Shown: piece by piece, positions 27,730 through 39,108 of the stretch | Layout of the letters: every line of letters begins with the position of its first letter | Position numbering within the stretch: position 1 is the first letter of the stretch | Source of the DNA: Candidatus Bathyarchaeia archaeon | GTDB taxonomy: Archaea > Thermoproteota > Bathyarchaeia > Bathyarchaeales > Bathycorpusculaceae | Assembly: GCA_049516875.1 (NCBI GenBank) | Contig: JBEKSS010000005.1 | Span: 32,001 to 96,000 of the forward strand | Reading direction: 5' to 3' | Length of the DNA stretch: 64,000 nt | Notes under the pieces: model-generated | Seen by the model: the letters and a program-made list of their open reading frames with translations, nothing else | What the model was told of the DNA's origin: nothing | Databases searched by the model: none | Made by a program: the position numbers and the translations under genes

Positions 27730-27816
27730 GAATGTTCACTCTTTTGGAAATCTCCGGAGTTTCTGTTGGTTCCAGAGTCTCTTATGCGTTTCTCTAACCA
27801 GCAAACTGCTTTCCTC

Positions 27817-28698
27817 CTAGCCTTTGACTGCTCCGATGGCAAGTCCGGCCCGGAGGTAACGCTGAATTATCATGAACACTATGACCAAAGGAATGGCGGA
27901 CAATACAGACATAGCAGCGAACTGAGGCCATGTTGTCGTTAGATTGCCACTTTGGGCCAAAGAAAACAGCGTCAATGGAAGCGTGTAATTAGACTGACTA
28001 GCAAGGACAATATTGGCAATAGCGTATTCGTTCCATGCAGTCAAGAAGCTGAAAAATGCAGTGACAGCCAACCCTGGCACGGTCAGCGGCAGAACAACAT
28101 GATACATTGCGCTAAAGTAGGATGCTCCATCAATGAGAGCAGCTTCATCAATGTCTCTTGGAAGCGTGTCAAAGAATGCCTTCATATTCCACATAGCGAA
28201 TGGCAGAACCAAAGAGACGTACACCAAAATAAGGCCGAAAAGACTGCCGTATAACCCGAAAGAGAGGAGGAGATAGAAGAAGGCGATGTACATCAGAAGT
28301 CCAGGAACAAACTGGATAAAAATGAGAACATACAGAATAGGCCTTTTACCCAAGAATCTGAACCTTGACATGGCATAGGCTGCAGGACAAGCGACTAGCA
28401 AACAGAGACCGGTAGTAGATAGAGACACTATCAGACTATTGACTAACCCTGACCAAAATGGCGAATTGGCCGCCAGCGCCCAACTGTAAGCTTGCAAGGT
28501 TGGATTAGGAGGAATGATCTGCAGTGTCGTCGTGAGAAGAGACCCGTAGCTTCTTAAAGAGGCAGAAAAAATCCAAACAATGGGGAAAATGACTGCTAAT
28601 TCCACGATTACGGCAAGCGCATTCTTGCTTATTCCGAAAAGAAGCCGCCTCCTGCCTATTCGTTGAATCCTTCTACGGAATTTCTTCCAGTAGGTCAT
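27817..28698 (-). CDS. malG: Sugar ABC permease
   Basis: EAA motif IDEAALIDGAS. Confidence 0.9.
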   Translation of the reverse strand: MTYWKKFRRRIQRIGRRRLLFGISKNALAVIVELAVIFPIVWIFSASLRSYGSLLTTTLQIIPPNPTLQAYSWALAANSPFWSGLVNSLIVSLSTTGLCLLVACPAAYAMSRFRFLGKRPILYVLIFIQFVPGLLMYIAFFYLLLSFGLYGSLFGLILVYVSLVLPFAMWNMKAFFDTLPRDIDEAALIDGASYFSAMYHVVLPLTVPGLAVTAFFSFLTAWNEYAIANIVLASQSNYTLPLTLFSLAQSGNLTTTWPQFAAMSVLSAIPLVIVFMIIQRYLRAGLAIGAVKG

Positions 28699-29634
28699 CT
28701 AGCTCGCCTCCTCGGCTATTCGGCTTACTCGCAGGCCAAAGAAGCCGATGACCAGCACCATTATCAGGACTATGCCCAAAAAAGCAGAGGCAAGTCCATA
28801 GAACCTGCCAGTGAGTATCGTCGTGTAACCCCAGACCATGACAGTTTCATTAAGTCCACCCGCTCCAGTAGAAGGTCCGCCCCGGTTGAGCAAGTATGGA
28901 ACGTTGAGGTTTTGAAAAGTTGTGTTCGCAGTCAACAATGTTGCCAGCAGAAGAGGTCTGCTTATCTGTGGTAGCGTAATGTGCCTAAGTTTGTGCCATG
29001 ATCTGGCACCATCGACTGTTGCTGCCTCGTACAGTTCAGGGGGGATACCCTGCAGCGCCCCTAGAATCACGGTCATCATGAACGGGTAAGCAAGCCAAGT
29101 GTTCGTTATGTTGTAAGCTGCGAAGGCAGGCCACTCGAGGTTCAGCCAGTTAGGACCTGGCAGACCGATCATGCGCAGAACTTGGTTTATAGATCCAGAA
29201 CCTGTTTGAAACATCCCTTGCCATATTAGAATTGATGTAAAGCCAGGCATCGCCCACGGCAAGATAACGATTGCCATCTGGACTTTCTTGCCGAACAAGT
29301 CCTTAGAATTGTAAAGAAGAGCAAAGGCCAGGCCGACTGCAACCTGAAGTCCCACATTGGTTACCGTCCACAGGACGGTCTTATACAACACAGATTGGAT
29401 GTGTGGACCATAAACACTAAGCAACCTTTGATAGTTCTGAAACCCTATGAACTGATAGCCGGTTCGTATATTGAACAGTGTCAGGTTTGTAAACCCCAGT
29501 CCTATGGAAAAGAAGATAGGATACGCGTTGAAGAAAATCAGCATGGCCAAAGAAGGCAGCATGAAAAAGTAGGCAACGGTGTTCTTTTGCCAAATATCTT
29601 TCAAAAAAGGGGAGTGTTTGGGCTCTTCGCTCAT
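28699..29634 (-). CDS. malF: Sugar ABC permease
   Basis: LYEAATVDGAR; PWAMP. Confidence 0.9.
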   Translation of the reverse strand: MSEEPKHSPFLKDIWQKNTVAYFFMLPSLAMLIFFNAYPIFFSIGLGFTNLTLFNIRTGYQFIGFQNYQRLLSVYGPHIQSVLYKTVLWTVTNVGLQVAVGLAFALLYNSKDLFGKKVQMAIVILPWAMPGFTSILIWQGMFQTGSGSINQVLRMIGLPGPNWLNLEWPAFAAYNITNTWLAYPFMMTVILGALQGIPPELYEAATVDGARSWHKLRHITLPQISRPLLLATLLTANTTFQNLNVPYLLNRGGPSTGAGGLNETVMVWGYTTILTGRFYGLASAFLGIVLIMVLVIGFFGLRVSRIAEEAS

Positions 29635-29646
29635 TCCTGAGGCCCG

Positions 29647-31543
29647 CTAAGGATAATGCCCGTACTTCGTCTGAATGTTGGTTATCACTGAGTCTTCGGC
29701 TTGTTGGAAAGCTACCTGAGCAGTTTGGGTTCCTTGAACTACCGCGTTCCAAGCGTTTGTCGCTCCCGTCCAGACATCACCCATTTGCGCATTATTAGGT
29801 ATCGGGATGGTGTATTTGAGCTGGTTGCCGAAGCCTGAGATGACAGGGTCGTTCTGGATGGTTGTGTCTTTGTAGGCGTCATAGGTCACGGGTATATAGC
29901 CTAGCGTCTTGCCTAGAGCTATTTGATTGGTTGCGCCTGTAAACCATTTCATGAATGCGATGTCAGCATCTTTGTTGGCATCTTTCACGTTTGAGGTCAT
30001 CCAGATGCCTTTGACTCCTTCAAACGGCATCGGAGTTGCGTTGTTGTTCTGAGATATCATGGGAATCAATGACAAGCCGAAGCTGATGCCTGCATTCTTC
30101 ACGTTCGCAACCTCCCAGTCCCCATCGACAAGCATTGCTGACTTGTTCTGCTCGAAAAGCGCGTCTTGGCTGGCTCCGCCCAAGTCTGGAGCAAGGTAAG
30201 GCAGTATGGTGCTGTTGAACCACGATGCAGCCTGAATGGTGCCTGATGAGTTCAAGCCAACAAGACCCGTGGTGTCGTTGTAGTAGTATCCTCCCCAACC
30301 TGAAACCCACGGGAACAGGTGGTAGGGATCGTTTAGAGTGACGTAACTTAAGCCGTATTGGTAGGGAGCCGTTCCTCCTTTGGCAGACTCGTTGTGCATT
30401 AAAGCGACCATTTGATCGGTGGTAGTGGGAGGAGTGGTAATGTACGCCTTGTTGTAGAAGAGCGTCAAGCATTCGGCGGACAAGGGAAGCGCCCAAAGGT
30501 GTCCCTTGTATGTCATGGCAGACAGGGCGCTCGGATAATACGCTGCCAAGGTGGCGTTGTCAATGTAGGTGTCTATCGGGAGAATCAGGCTGGCGTTGAC
30601 AAACTCGCCCTGCCAATCTTCCGCGCCCCAAGTATACAGGTCGGGGCCTTGGCCTGCAGGTATCGCAGCCGTCAAAGCGTCGTGCATGCCAGCGCTTGTC
30701 TTTTGAACCATATTGACTGTGACTCCTGGGTATGCCGCCTCGAATAAGCTGATCTGTGTGTTCCAAGCAGTAAGCTCGTTGGGTAAGAGCGCGTGCCAAA
30801 TGGTCACAGTGCCTGTGATTATCCTCACCGTCAAAGTGTTGTTTGAAAACGCGTAGACTCCTGTTGTGCTGTTGAATACTTGCACGTTCCAAATGTACGT
30901 TCCTGCGCTTGTGAACGTGCAGTTAAAAGAGTTCAGTGCATTGTTCTGAACGGTCGTGTTCGACGCCACAGATTGCCATGTTCCAGTCACGTTCACCCAT
31001 AGGCTTGCATTCGCAATATTGTCTCCTACGCTCACCGGGGTGTAGGTGAACGTTACCGTGGTTGGGAGGGTTCCCACCGACTGATTTGCACCGTCAACAG
31101 GAGTGTTAAGAGCGACAGATACACCTGCACTTGCCACGATCAGGGTATAATTTGATGATGCTGAGACTCCGATCGTGCTGTTGAATACTTGTACGTTCCA
31201 TTTATACGTTCCTGAGGCCGTGAATGTGTAGCTAAAAGAGTTGACTGTGTTGTTCTGTACGTTTGTGGTATTCGACTCTACGGACAGCCCGTTCATCAAT
31301 AAGCTCGCGTTAAAGATATTGTCCCCTATGCAGACTGGGGTGTAGGTAAACGTTGCGGCGCGTGTGTATTGTGTTGCGCCGTTACTTGGACTGTTAAGAG
31401 AAACAGACAGAGTTGTCGCTGCTGCACCGGGCATATAATAGACGTAGGCCGCTGCGACGACAGCAATGATTATAATGATTACAATGATTGCTGCAACCAA
31501 CATTCTCGATATTGCTCGCTTTGATTGTCTTACTTTCACTAAC
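29647..31543 (-). CDS. malE: Maltodextrin-binding protein with two N-terminal Ig-like repeats
   Basis: KRA/ISR class-III-like signal plus TM; duplicated ~95-aa beta domain; GPDL, LFYNK, DGDW. Confidence 0.85.
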
Positions 31544-31802
31544 ATACTCTCCGCTAGGCCCTTTAGGAGCATTCCAGATATAACTATTTCGAAGCCTCCA
31601 TTTTTGCACGCGCGAAAATGCCATAGCAAAAAGATCAATTTCTCATGGGTTTTGAACCTCTTCTCATGTTATGCGCAACGAAAATGTTTCTTCGGAGACT
31701 TCCAGCTGTGTAGGCAACAGCATCCAAACATAAAATATTTTAGCTAATTATCTGTAATTGTCTGCTATGCGCTTTCGTTTCAGCCAGAGAAGTTGAAATG
31801 GC

Positions 31803-33656
31803 ATGTTGAGCAAGATTCTGGTTCTTCTGATAGGTCTATCCTTGGTTTCGAGTTCCACACTCCCCATCATTCAAGAAACCTCAACGGCCAATTCATTCAG
31901 AAGACTCGTTTCAAGCGTCAATGTGGCGCAGCGACAGCCGCAATTCAACTCTCTGGCTAGCGACATCGCGTTCGAGACGCCTGACTGGGTGAAAAACGCG
32001 GTTTTTTATCAGATCTTCCCTGACAGATTCCGCAATGGTGACCCCACCAACGATCCAGCAGGGAACGGCGTCTCTGGAGACCTATTGTGGAAGGCATGGA
32101 ATGGATCAAGCCAGTATTTCCCTGCAGTCTACGCTTTGAAAATGCCTTGGACTCAGCTTCCCGAGGAACCTGCAATGGGTAGAGACTGGTTCGGTGGGGA
32201 CCTGAAAGGTGTACAAGATGAAGCTCAGTACTTGGCTCATCTGGGCATCACAGCTATCTATCTTAATCCAATAATGGACTCAACAGACAACCACGGATAC
32301 ACAGTCATAGACTACAAGTCAGTTAGCCGCTATTTTGGGGCTAACGCGCGGGCCTCTAATGGATCGCTCATTCTAGACCCAGAAGCAAGTCTTCAGGTCT
32401 TCGAGAATATGACAGATGCTCTGAAAACTCATGGAATAAGGGTGATACTGGACGGAGTGTTCAATCACGTTAGCGCGAAAAACCAGTGGTTTGACAGAGA
32501 TAATGATTACTCGACTCTGGGGGCCTTTGAAAGCCAAAGCTCCCCCTGGTCCGATTGGTTCACTTTCTACAACTGGCCAAAGAGCTACAGGGCATGGGGT
32601 GGTTTTCTGAACATGCCGGAAGTCAACGAAGTTGACGCCTTCAAGAACTACATCTACGCAGACCCAAACGCGTCTGTTATAAAATTCTGGAACGACCTAG
32701 GCGTAGATGGATGGCGCCTCGATACAGGCCAAGATGTCAGTCACGGGTTCTGGAAAGAATTCAGATCAGCCTACAAAAAACTGAACCCTGAAGGGTACAT
32801 CGTAGGAGAATATTGGGGAGACGCAAGTCCGTGGCTTCAGGGCGACGAATGGGACTCTGTCACGAACTACGGATTCAGAGACGCCGTTCTGGCTTGGGCG
32901 GCGGGTGAGAACGTTGAAAGCGAGACCGCGCTCGACTATGCGCTTACGTCAATCCAGAAAGATTATCCGTCCGAAGCCTTCTACACGGCATTTAACCTGC
33001 TCGACTCACACGATACAGAAAGAGCCCTCACCTACTTGGCCGGAGACAAGAACAGGATGAAATTGGCGGTCATTTTTCAAATGACCTATCCAGGGACGCC
33101 CGTGATATACTATGGCGACGAGGTTGGAATGCAAGGCCTCTCAGATCCAGACTGCAGGCGGCCGTACCCATGGTCCGATCTGGGATTGTCTCCAGACACC
33201 GACATGCTGGCGCACTACAAGAAGCTAATCTCTATAAGAGAGACCTATTCTGTTTTGAGAACGGGCTCGCTATCCACTCTCCTCGTTGATAACGCAAATC
33301 ACATCTACGCTCTGCTGCGCGAAGATAACTCTTCAAACCCTATGGCAGTTCTAGTCTACAACAACGGCGTCAATCAAACCTCTGTGACGTTAAACGTGAC
33401 TGGTCTATTGCCCGAGGGCGCCACACTGACAGATGCGCTCAATGACAAAGTGTACAAGGTCGAAAATGGCAGAATTACACTGCTTATGGAAGGCTTGTGG
33501 GCGAGTATACTGATTGGAACTAGCACTTCAATCAGTGAGTTTCCGTGGAACTGTTCTTCTGTAATCACTCTCGGCGTTGCGTTTTTTGTCGTGGCTACGA
33601 CAGTAGTACGCACTGTTAGACAAAGGCGAAAATCAGACAAGCAACGACCAACCTGA
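31803..33656 (+). CDS. Secreted GH13 amylopullulanase-like enzyme with PEF-CTERM-like anchor
   Basis: Signal peptide, YQIFPDRF, DGWRLD, GE, SHD; ISEFP plus TM plus basic tail. Confidence 0.9.
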   Translation: MLSKILVLLIGLSLVSSSTLPIIQETSTANSFRRLVSSVNVAQRQPQFNSLASDIAFETPDWVKNAVFYQIFPDRFRNGDPTNDPAGNGVSGDLLWKAWNGSSQYFPAVYALKMPWTQLPEEPAMGRDWFGGDLKGVQDEAQYLAHLGITAIYLNPIMDSTDNHGYTVIDYKSVSRYFGANARASNGSLILDPEASLQVFENMTDALKTHGIRVILDGVFNHVSAKNQWFDRDNDYSTLGAFESQSSPWSDWFTFYNWPKSYRAWGGFLNMPEVNEVDAFKNYIYADPNASVIKFWNDLGVDGWRLDTGQDVSHGFWKEFRSAYKKLNPEGYIVGEYWGDASPWLQGDEWDSVTNYGFRDAVLAWAAGENVESETALDYALTSIQKDYPSEAFYTAFNLLDSHDTERALTYLAGDKNRMKLAVIFQMTYPGTPVIYYGDEVGMQGLSDPDCRRPYPWSDLGLSPDTDMLAHYKKLISIRETYSVLRTGSLSTLLVDNANHIYALLREDNSSNPMAVLVYNNGVNQTSVTLNVTGLLPEGATLTDALNDKVYKVENGRITLLMEGLWASILIGTSTSISEFPWNCSSVITLGVAFFVVATTVVRTVRQRRKSDKQRPT

Positions 33657-33804
33657 TGCAAGTGAATCGGCAATTTCCAGTGGATCCGTTTCTTTTCATC
33701 CAAACGATGCAAGGACTACTACGTAAGAAACGGTCTTGTGATAGCCAAGGCAAAGTCTAAAGGCGCGGGATATATACTCTATCTATTTCATGAGCTGAGA
33801 AAGT

Positions 33805-35076
33805 ATGAAGAAGCCAAATGTGCTCATGACAACGATGGAATATGACGTGATAAAAGTCGGAGGACTCTCAGCTGCATTGACCTCAATGGCGCATGCGCTG
33901 AAAAAGTACGCAAACCCAAGAATCGTTCTTCCAAAAAGCGGTTGCAGTCCCCCTTGGAAAAAGGTAGAAGAAAAACAGCAGCCCGAGATGACCATGCAAG
34001 TATATGAACACAACGGAGTCAGTGTTTATACCCTGTCCAATCAAATTCTTGATACGCAAGAGGTGTATCCTGAACCCGCGGACCAACAGGGCATAAAGAA
34101 GATTGACGAATTCTCCAGAAGATTGACTGAAGTTGTCGACGACATAGATTTTGATGTTGTGCACATGCAGGATTTTTTCGCCTACAAAGCCATGGACAAA
34201 TTCAAAGAAATGGGCAAGCCGATTCTATTGACCATTCACAGACTCCACAGGGAATATCCCACATGGTTTTCAGCAGAAAGAACAGCCTTGAACAAAGCAG
34301 ATTACTTAACAGTCGTCGGCGAATCGTACTACAAAGAAGATGAGAAAGAGCTATTCCATGACTACAGGAAAAAGACTACGCATGTCTTCAATGGAGTCGA
34401 CACGGAGTTCTGGAACGTCCAAGCTTGCTCCTTTCCGAAACTGGCTAGGAAGCAACGAAGAAAGACAATTTTACAAAAGTACGGGCTCACAGACGGTGTA
34501 CTCTATACATATGTTGGAAGATTCGATCCCGTGCAAAAAGGAGTCGATATCCTTCTGAAGGCAAGCGAGGAATTTCTGAAAACAGAAAACGTAAAAATGA
34601 TAGTTGTCGGTGTCGGAGACAAGAAACTAGAGAAGCAGTCAAAGGAGCTTGAAACACGACATCCTTCGAAACTTAAGGTCTTCAATCAGCTTCTGTCGAA
34701 AGAAACCGTGCGTGATATCTACTGCAGCGCGGATTTCGCCTTAGTCCCAAGTCTATTCGAACCGTTTGGGCTTGTCCAGTTAGAGGCCATGTCATCTGAA
34801 TGCGTGCCCATAGGAAGCAAAACAGGAGGAATCAAGGACACCGTCATCTCGTATGGCGAAAATCCCAAGTTAGCAACTGGGTTTCTGGTGAAAAAGGGGA
34901 GCCCCCCTGCTCTTTTGGAGGGCATGAGGAAGGCGTTCCAGCTCTACGATGAGAAGCCGGAAATGATTGAGAGGATGCGTGGAAATGGAAGGAGTAGGTG
35001 CGAAACAGTATTTCAATGGAATGTTTCAGCTAGAAAATACTTCGATATATATGAAAAACTCCTACATCAACACTAG
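33805..35076 (+). CDS. glgA: Glycogen/starch synthase (GT5)
   Basis: KVGGL, EPFGLVQLEAM, TGG. Confidence 0.88.
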   Translation: MKKPNVLMTTMEYDVIKVGGLSAALTSMAHALKKYANPRIVLPKSGCSPPWKKVEEKQQPEMTMQVYEHNGVSVYTLSNQILDTQEVYPEPADQQGIKKIDEFSRRLTEVVDDIDFDVVHMQDFFAYKAMDKFKEMGKPILLTIHRLHREYPTWFSAERTALNKADYLTVVGESYYKEDEKELFHDYRKKTTHVFNGVDTEFWNVQACSFPKLARKQRRKTILQKYGLTDGVLYTYVGRFDPVQKGVDILLKASEEFLKTENVKMIVVGVGDKKLEKQSKELETRHPSKLKVFNQLLSKETVRDIYCSADFALVPSLFEPFGLVQLEAMSSECVPIGSKTGGIKDTVISYGENPKLATGFLVKKGSPPALLEGMRKAFQLYDEKPEMIERMRGNGRSRCETVFQWNVSARKYFDIYEKLLHQH

Positions 35077-35089
35077 ACGGGTGCCCTGA

Positions 35090-36859
35090 ATGAAAAGCGT
35101 CTGGATATTCTCCTTTGAATGCGCTGGAGTAGTTAAGGTTGGAGGCTTAGGTGAAGCAGTCTACAACATAGCGAGGCACCTAGCAAATCGAGGCCTCGAA
35201 GTCACTGTGTTTATGCCAAGCCATGGAGTTACCAAGAAACATGACATAAGAGAGAAGTTAGCTCTCCAGGAAGGCAAAATATCAGTTAAAGGAAGCGTTA
35301 AAGGAAAGAGTTTTCTGCCTTACCGAAGTCCTTTCCGATACGACATTGGAATCCAGACTGGCGCTCTGAGCGGCTTCAACGTCGTCCTATTTCACGGGTT
35401 GAACAATGCTGCCACCGAAATCTTGGACAATGAAACGGTCTACAGGTCAAATCTCATCGAGGACAAATCTCTATTGCTTGCCAGAGGCATCTCAGGCTAC
35501 GTTAAACATCTACGAGATCTCAACAAGGAGTTTCCAGATGTTGTTCACGCCCACGACTATCACAGTGTGCCTGCAGCAGTTATGGCTAAACAGAAGCTTG
35601 AAGAGTACAATCACAAGACAGCCCTAGTCTTCACTATACACTTGTTAAGCGACAAGAAATGTTCATGGAACTATCTCGGTGAAGATTGGTGCGGATTGAA
35701 AAATAGGTCCCATCAAGTTTACTTCTTCACCAAAAAGGTTGAAATGTCTGATAGGACCGTCCTAAGGAAGGCCAGGTTCAAACTCGAATCTTTTTGCGCT
35801 GTTGAGTCTGATGTTCTGACGAGCGTGAGTCAAAGCTACTTGCAAGACGAAGTTATCAAACGAATAGGTCAAGGTTGCGATGGAAAGACAGCGTTTCACT
35901 GGAACGGGTGTGACTGGGACTACGGAAAAATGCTCGGAGATGTCATGAAAAAGTTCGGGGACGACATGAGAAGCACGTTGGGAGTAACTCAAATAGAACG
36001 GCACGACCTGAGAAAGTACTTCCTAACGAAGGCCATAGGCAACCTCAGATCAGAGGAGCCAATTCTGGAAGAGGAAAAAGTCAGGGAGATTGTGTTGACT
36101 TTCAAAGGCAAACCTTTCGTCGGTAATGGCAAACTTGAGCCTTTCAATGATGATGGTCCCATGGTTCTGATGACTGGAAGGCTGGGAGAACAAAAAGGGG
36201 TAGACATGCTGTTCAAAGCTATGCCTTATGTTCTGGAAAAAGTTCCCAAAACCAAGTTCGTTCTTCTACTGTTACCTCTCGAAGAGGAAATCAACCTGAT
36301 AAGCCAATCTGCTAAACTCATGAACAAATACCCGCAAGCGTTGAGAGTAGTGTTCGGGAAGGCACCCAGCATCTACCCTCTTGCGCACCTAGCCTCAGAT
36401 GTTTTCGTCTGCCCAAGCAAGTGGGAGCCGTTCGGCATAATGGCACTGGAAGCGATGGCAACAGGAAATCCAGTCGTTGCTACAGCGGTTGGAGGGCTGA
36501 AGGAAATAGTCATAGACGTGAATCAAGACTTGGAAAACGGCACCGGCATTCTTGTTCCGAAAAATGATTATAAAGGCCTTGGAAAAGCGCTCTCGTCATT
36601 ACTCGCTACCATGCAGATTTCAGAGATTTCCCAAAGAACGGTTGGAACAGAGCGTCAAGAACCCCAAAAAATCCCGACGGCAATATCGAGCGATTCGCTC
36701 AAGGAAGCTGTTCTGAAACAGCTTTCCTACGGATCTAGGCTGAGAGAAAACGCGATGCGAAGGGTAGAAACCACCTTCCGATGGAGCAAAACCATAGAGA
36801 TGGTGATTACAGCCTACGAAAAGGCCATCGACCTGGCAGCCAATCGTCAGCAATACTAG
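35090..36859 (+). CDS. glgA: Glycogen/starch synthase (GT5), second paralog
   Basis: KVGGLG, HAHDYH, EPFGIMALEAM. Confidence 0.88.
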   Translation: MKSVWIFSFECAGVVKVGGLGEAVYNIARHLANRGLEVTVFMPSHGVTKKHDIREKLALQEGKISVKGSVKGKSFLPYRSPFRYDIGIQTGALSGFNVVLFHGLNNAATEILDNETVYRSNLIEDKSLLLARGISGYVKHLRDLNKEFPDVVHAHDYHSVPAAVMAKQKLEEYNHKTALVFTIHLLSDKKCSWNYLGEDWCGLKNRSHQVYFFTKKVEMSDRTVLRKARFKLESFCAVESDVLTSVSQSYLQDEVIKRIGQGCDGKTAFHWNGCDWDYGKMLGDVMKKFGDDMRSTLGVTQIERHDLRKYFLTKAIGNLRSEEPILEEEKVREIVLTFKGKPFVGNGKLEPFNDDGPMVLMTGRLGEQKGVDMLFKAMPYVLEKVPKTKFVLLLLPLEEEINLISQSAKLMNKYPQALRVVFGKAPSIYPLAHLASDVFVCPSKWEPFGIMALEAMATGNPVVATAVGGLKEIVIDVNQDLENGTGILVPKNDYKGLGKALSSLLATMQISEISQRTVGTERQEPQKIPTAISSDSLKEAVLKQLSYGSRLRENAMRRVETTFRWSKTIEMVITAYEKAIDLAANRQQY

Positions 36860-36985
36860 ACCGAACGGAAGAATAAAATAGAAAAACAGTTCGCGTTGAG
36901 TTCCAGCGCTTTGGACTTGCCTGAAGAAGATTGATTTCCTTGACTCTCCGTAATTTCAGTAGACAGTACAGGAGTGTGATGAACC

Positions 36986-37918
36986 GTCAAAGAATATCTA
37001 ATCGGAACTGGAGGGTGGGCATACTTTCGAGTTCCGGGACTCAGGTCGCTGACGGCCTACTCACGAATCTTCAACTTTGTAGAAGTGAACTCCACGTTCT
37101 ATCAGATACCCCTGCTGAAAGAGGTTGAAGAGTGGAGGAAACTCGTGCCTCCGGATTTCAAGTTTTCTGTCAGAGCGCATCAATCAATAACGCACAAGTA
37201 CAAGCTTCAACCAGTAGAGAAAGTGCTTGAAGCATTTGAGCGTATGAAGCAAATATGCAGCAAATTGAACGCCGAGGTCATGCATCTCCAAGTGCCGTCA
37301 TCTTTTGAACTGACTAGAACCTCAATCATCAACCTTCGCAATGTACTTTCCTCAGTGAGTCTTCAAAAGCTTCGGCTGGCTCTTGAAATCAGAGGGGTAA
37401 GATCTTCACAACTGCCTCCTGAGTTGCTTAAGACTATTCGAGAATACAATATTGTCCACTGCACAGATCTTTCAAGTGGGGAGATGCCTGCTTATGAATC
37501 AGACATACTTTACACCAGGCTTTTTGGAAAGGGGAAACACAATGTGTACCAGCCCACTGACGAGGAACTTTCAGAAATAGACAACGAAGCCTCCAGCGGA
37601 AAGTCCGAGAAGATAGTCATGAGTTTTCACTTCGTCAGAATGTACAAAGACGCGGCGAGGCTCAAAACGTACAAGCAGTCGGGCAAGTTTCCAATGATTA
37701 CCCGGTCGACGGGCTTAGCCTCGCTTGAGGAGGTTCTGAGTGAAGATGCAAGATTTCCATCAGCAAAACAAGAGCTGATACGCAGCCAAGGATGGAAAAT
37801 CTTTGATTTAACCGAAACTAACCGGATCCACGCAGGCGACATGCTTGAGAAACTTCCTGAAGCAACCTACAACAATTTAGGCGAAGTCGCCAAAAGACTG
37901 AAACGTGTGATGAGGTGA
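36986..37918 (+). CDS. DUF72 family protein (start codon lesion)
   Basis: The frame extends upstream of the track start to YLIGTGGWAY...FVEVNSTFY but begins at GTC, with no canonical start. Confidence 0.8.
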   Translation, partial: VKEYLIGTGGWAYFRVPGLRSLTAYSRIFNFVEVNSTFYQIPLLKEVEEWRKLVPPDFKFSVRAHQSITHKYKLQPVEKVLEAFERMKQICSKLNAEVMHLQVPSSFELTRTSIINLRNVLSSVSLQKLRLALEIRGVRSSQLPPELLKTIREYNIVHCTDLSSGEMPAYESDILYTRLFGKGKHNVYQPTDEELSEIDNEASSGKSEKIVMSFHFVRMYKDAARLKTYKQSGKFPMITRSTGLASLEEVLSEDARFPSAKQELIRSQGWKIFDLTETNRIHAGDMLEKLPEATYNNLGEVAKRLKRVMR

Positions 37919-39108
37919 AGAGTTTGGCTTCAATTATCGATAATGTTTTTCTAGGCACTTCAGGATGGAGTTACAACGAATGGGTCGGCCCATTCTACAC
38001 GAGAATGGACAAGAGCAAGCTCCGCGCGTACACCAGAGTCTTCAAAACAGTTGAAATCGACTCAACTTTCTACAGATACCCCTCCAAGGGCACCGTCATG
38101 GGGTGGACGAGATATTCGCCCGAAGGCTTTGTCTACACGTCGAAACTGCCCGGGTTAATCACACACGATAAGAAATTGAGTTTGGGCGAAGGGATAGAGC
38201 AGGATCTACAGAGATTCATAGAACTGATGGAACCTCTAATTCTTAGTGGAAAATTAGGCTGCGTACTCATCCAGCTTCCGCCCAAATTCGATTACCGACC
38301 TCAAGAACTGGAAGCCTTTTTCAAAATACTGCCTACGCATGTGAGGTTCGCCGTGGAGTTCAGAGAACAGTCATGGATGAGAAATGAAACATGGGGGCTG
38401 CTTGAAAAATACCGGGTTGCTTACACAGTCGTCGACGAACCTCTGCTCCCTCCAGAGGCTCATTTAACGTCAGACATCGCCTATTTTCGATGGCACGGAC
38501 GCGGAGAAAAGCCCTGGTACGACTACCGTTATTCCGTCAATGAGCTTGAACCTTGGATACCAAAACTGAAGGATGCTGCGGGAAAAGTCGATAAGATCTA
38601 TGGATATTTCAATAATCACTATCATGGCTATGCCGTCGAAAACTGTGTCCAAGTCATGGAAATGATTGGAAACATAAACGCGAAGCAGGTTGAAGTCAAG
38701 AACAGGGTTGAAAAATACTTGCGGAGCTCAGCCGAGCTGAAGAGCTCTACGCTAGAGAGCTTCGTTGAGCCTAGAGACAGGAGTTTTGAGAGTCTGATGC
38801 ACTATTTCGTTCCGGCGGAGAGACTGCAGAGGGCTGAAAAGATTGAGGACAGCGAATTGACTATCCGAGAGCAGAATACGGGTAGAGTTGATGCAGTGAT
38901 AAGAGGCTACCACATAGTCATAGACGCGGAAGCGGCAACGATTTCTCATGATTGCGCCGATTGGGGGAGAGTCTTAGCGACCAAAAAATTGTGCAAGCAC
39001 ATCGCGAAGCTACTTCTTTTGATGAACAGAGAAAAGGCAACTGAAATGCTCAGGAAAATGTACACCCAGCAAGACAAATGGCGGTTTGTGCCTTACACAA
39101 GCGAATGA
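37915..39108 (+). CDS. DUF72 protein with C-terminal SWIM-like Zn finger
   Basis: GTSGWSY, VEIDSTFY, YFRWHG, FNNH; HDCADW...CKH. Confidence 0.9.
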   Translation: MKSLASIIDNVFLGTSGWSYNEWVGPFYTRMDKSKLRAYTRVFKTVEIDSTFYRYPSKGTVMGWTRYSPEGFVYTSKLPGLITHDKKLSLGEGIEQDLQRFIELMEPLILSGKLGCVLIQLPPKFDYRPQELEAFFKILPTHVRFAVEFREQSWMRNETWGLLEKYRVAYTVVDEPLLPPEAHLTSDIAYFRWHGRGEKPWYDYRYSVNELEPWIPKLKDAAGKVDKIYGYFNNHYHGYAVENCVQVMEMIGNINAKQVEVKNRVEKYLRSSAELKSSTLESFVEPRDRSFESLMHYFVPAERLQRAEKIEDSELTIREQNTGRVDAVIRGYHIVIDAEAATISHDCADWGRVLATKKLCKHIAKLLLLMNREKATEMLRKMYTQQDKWRFVPYTSE

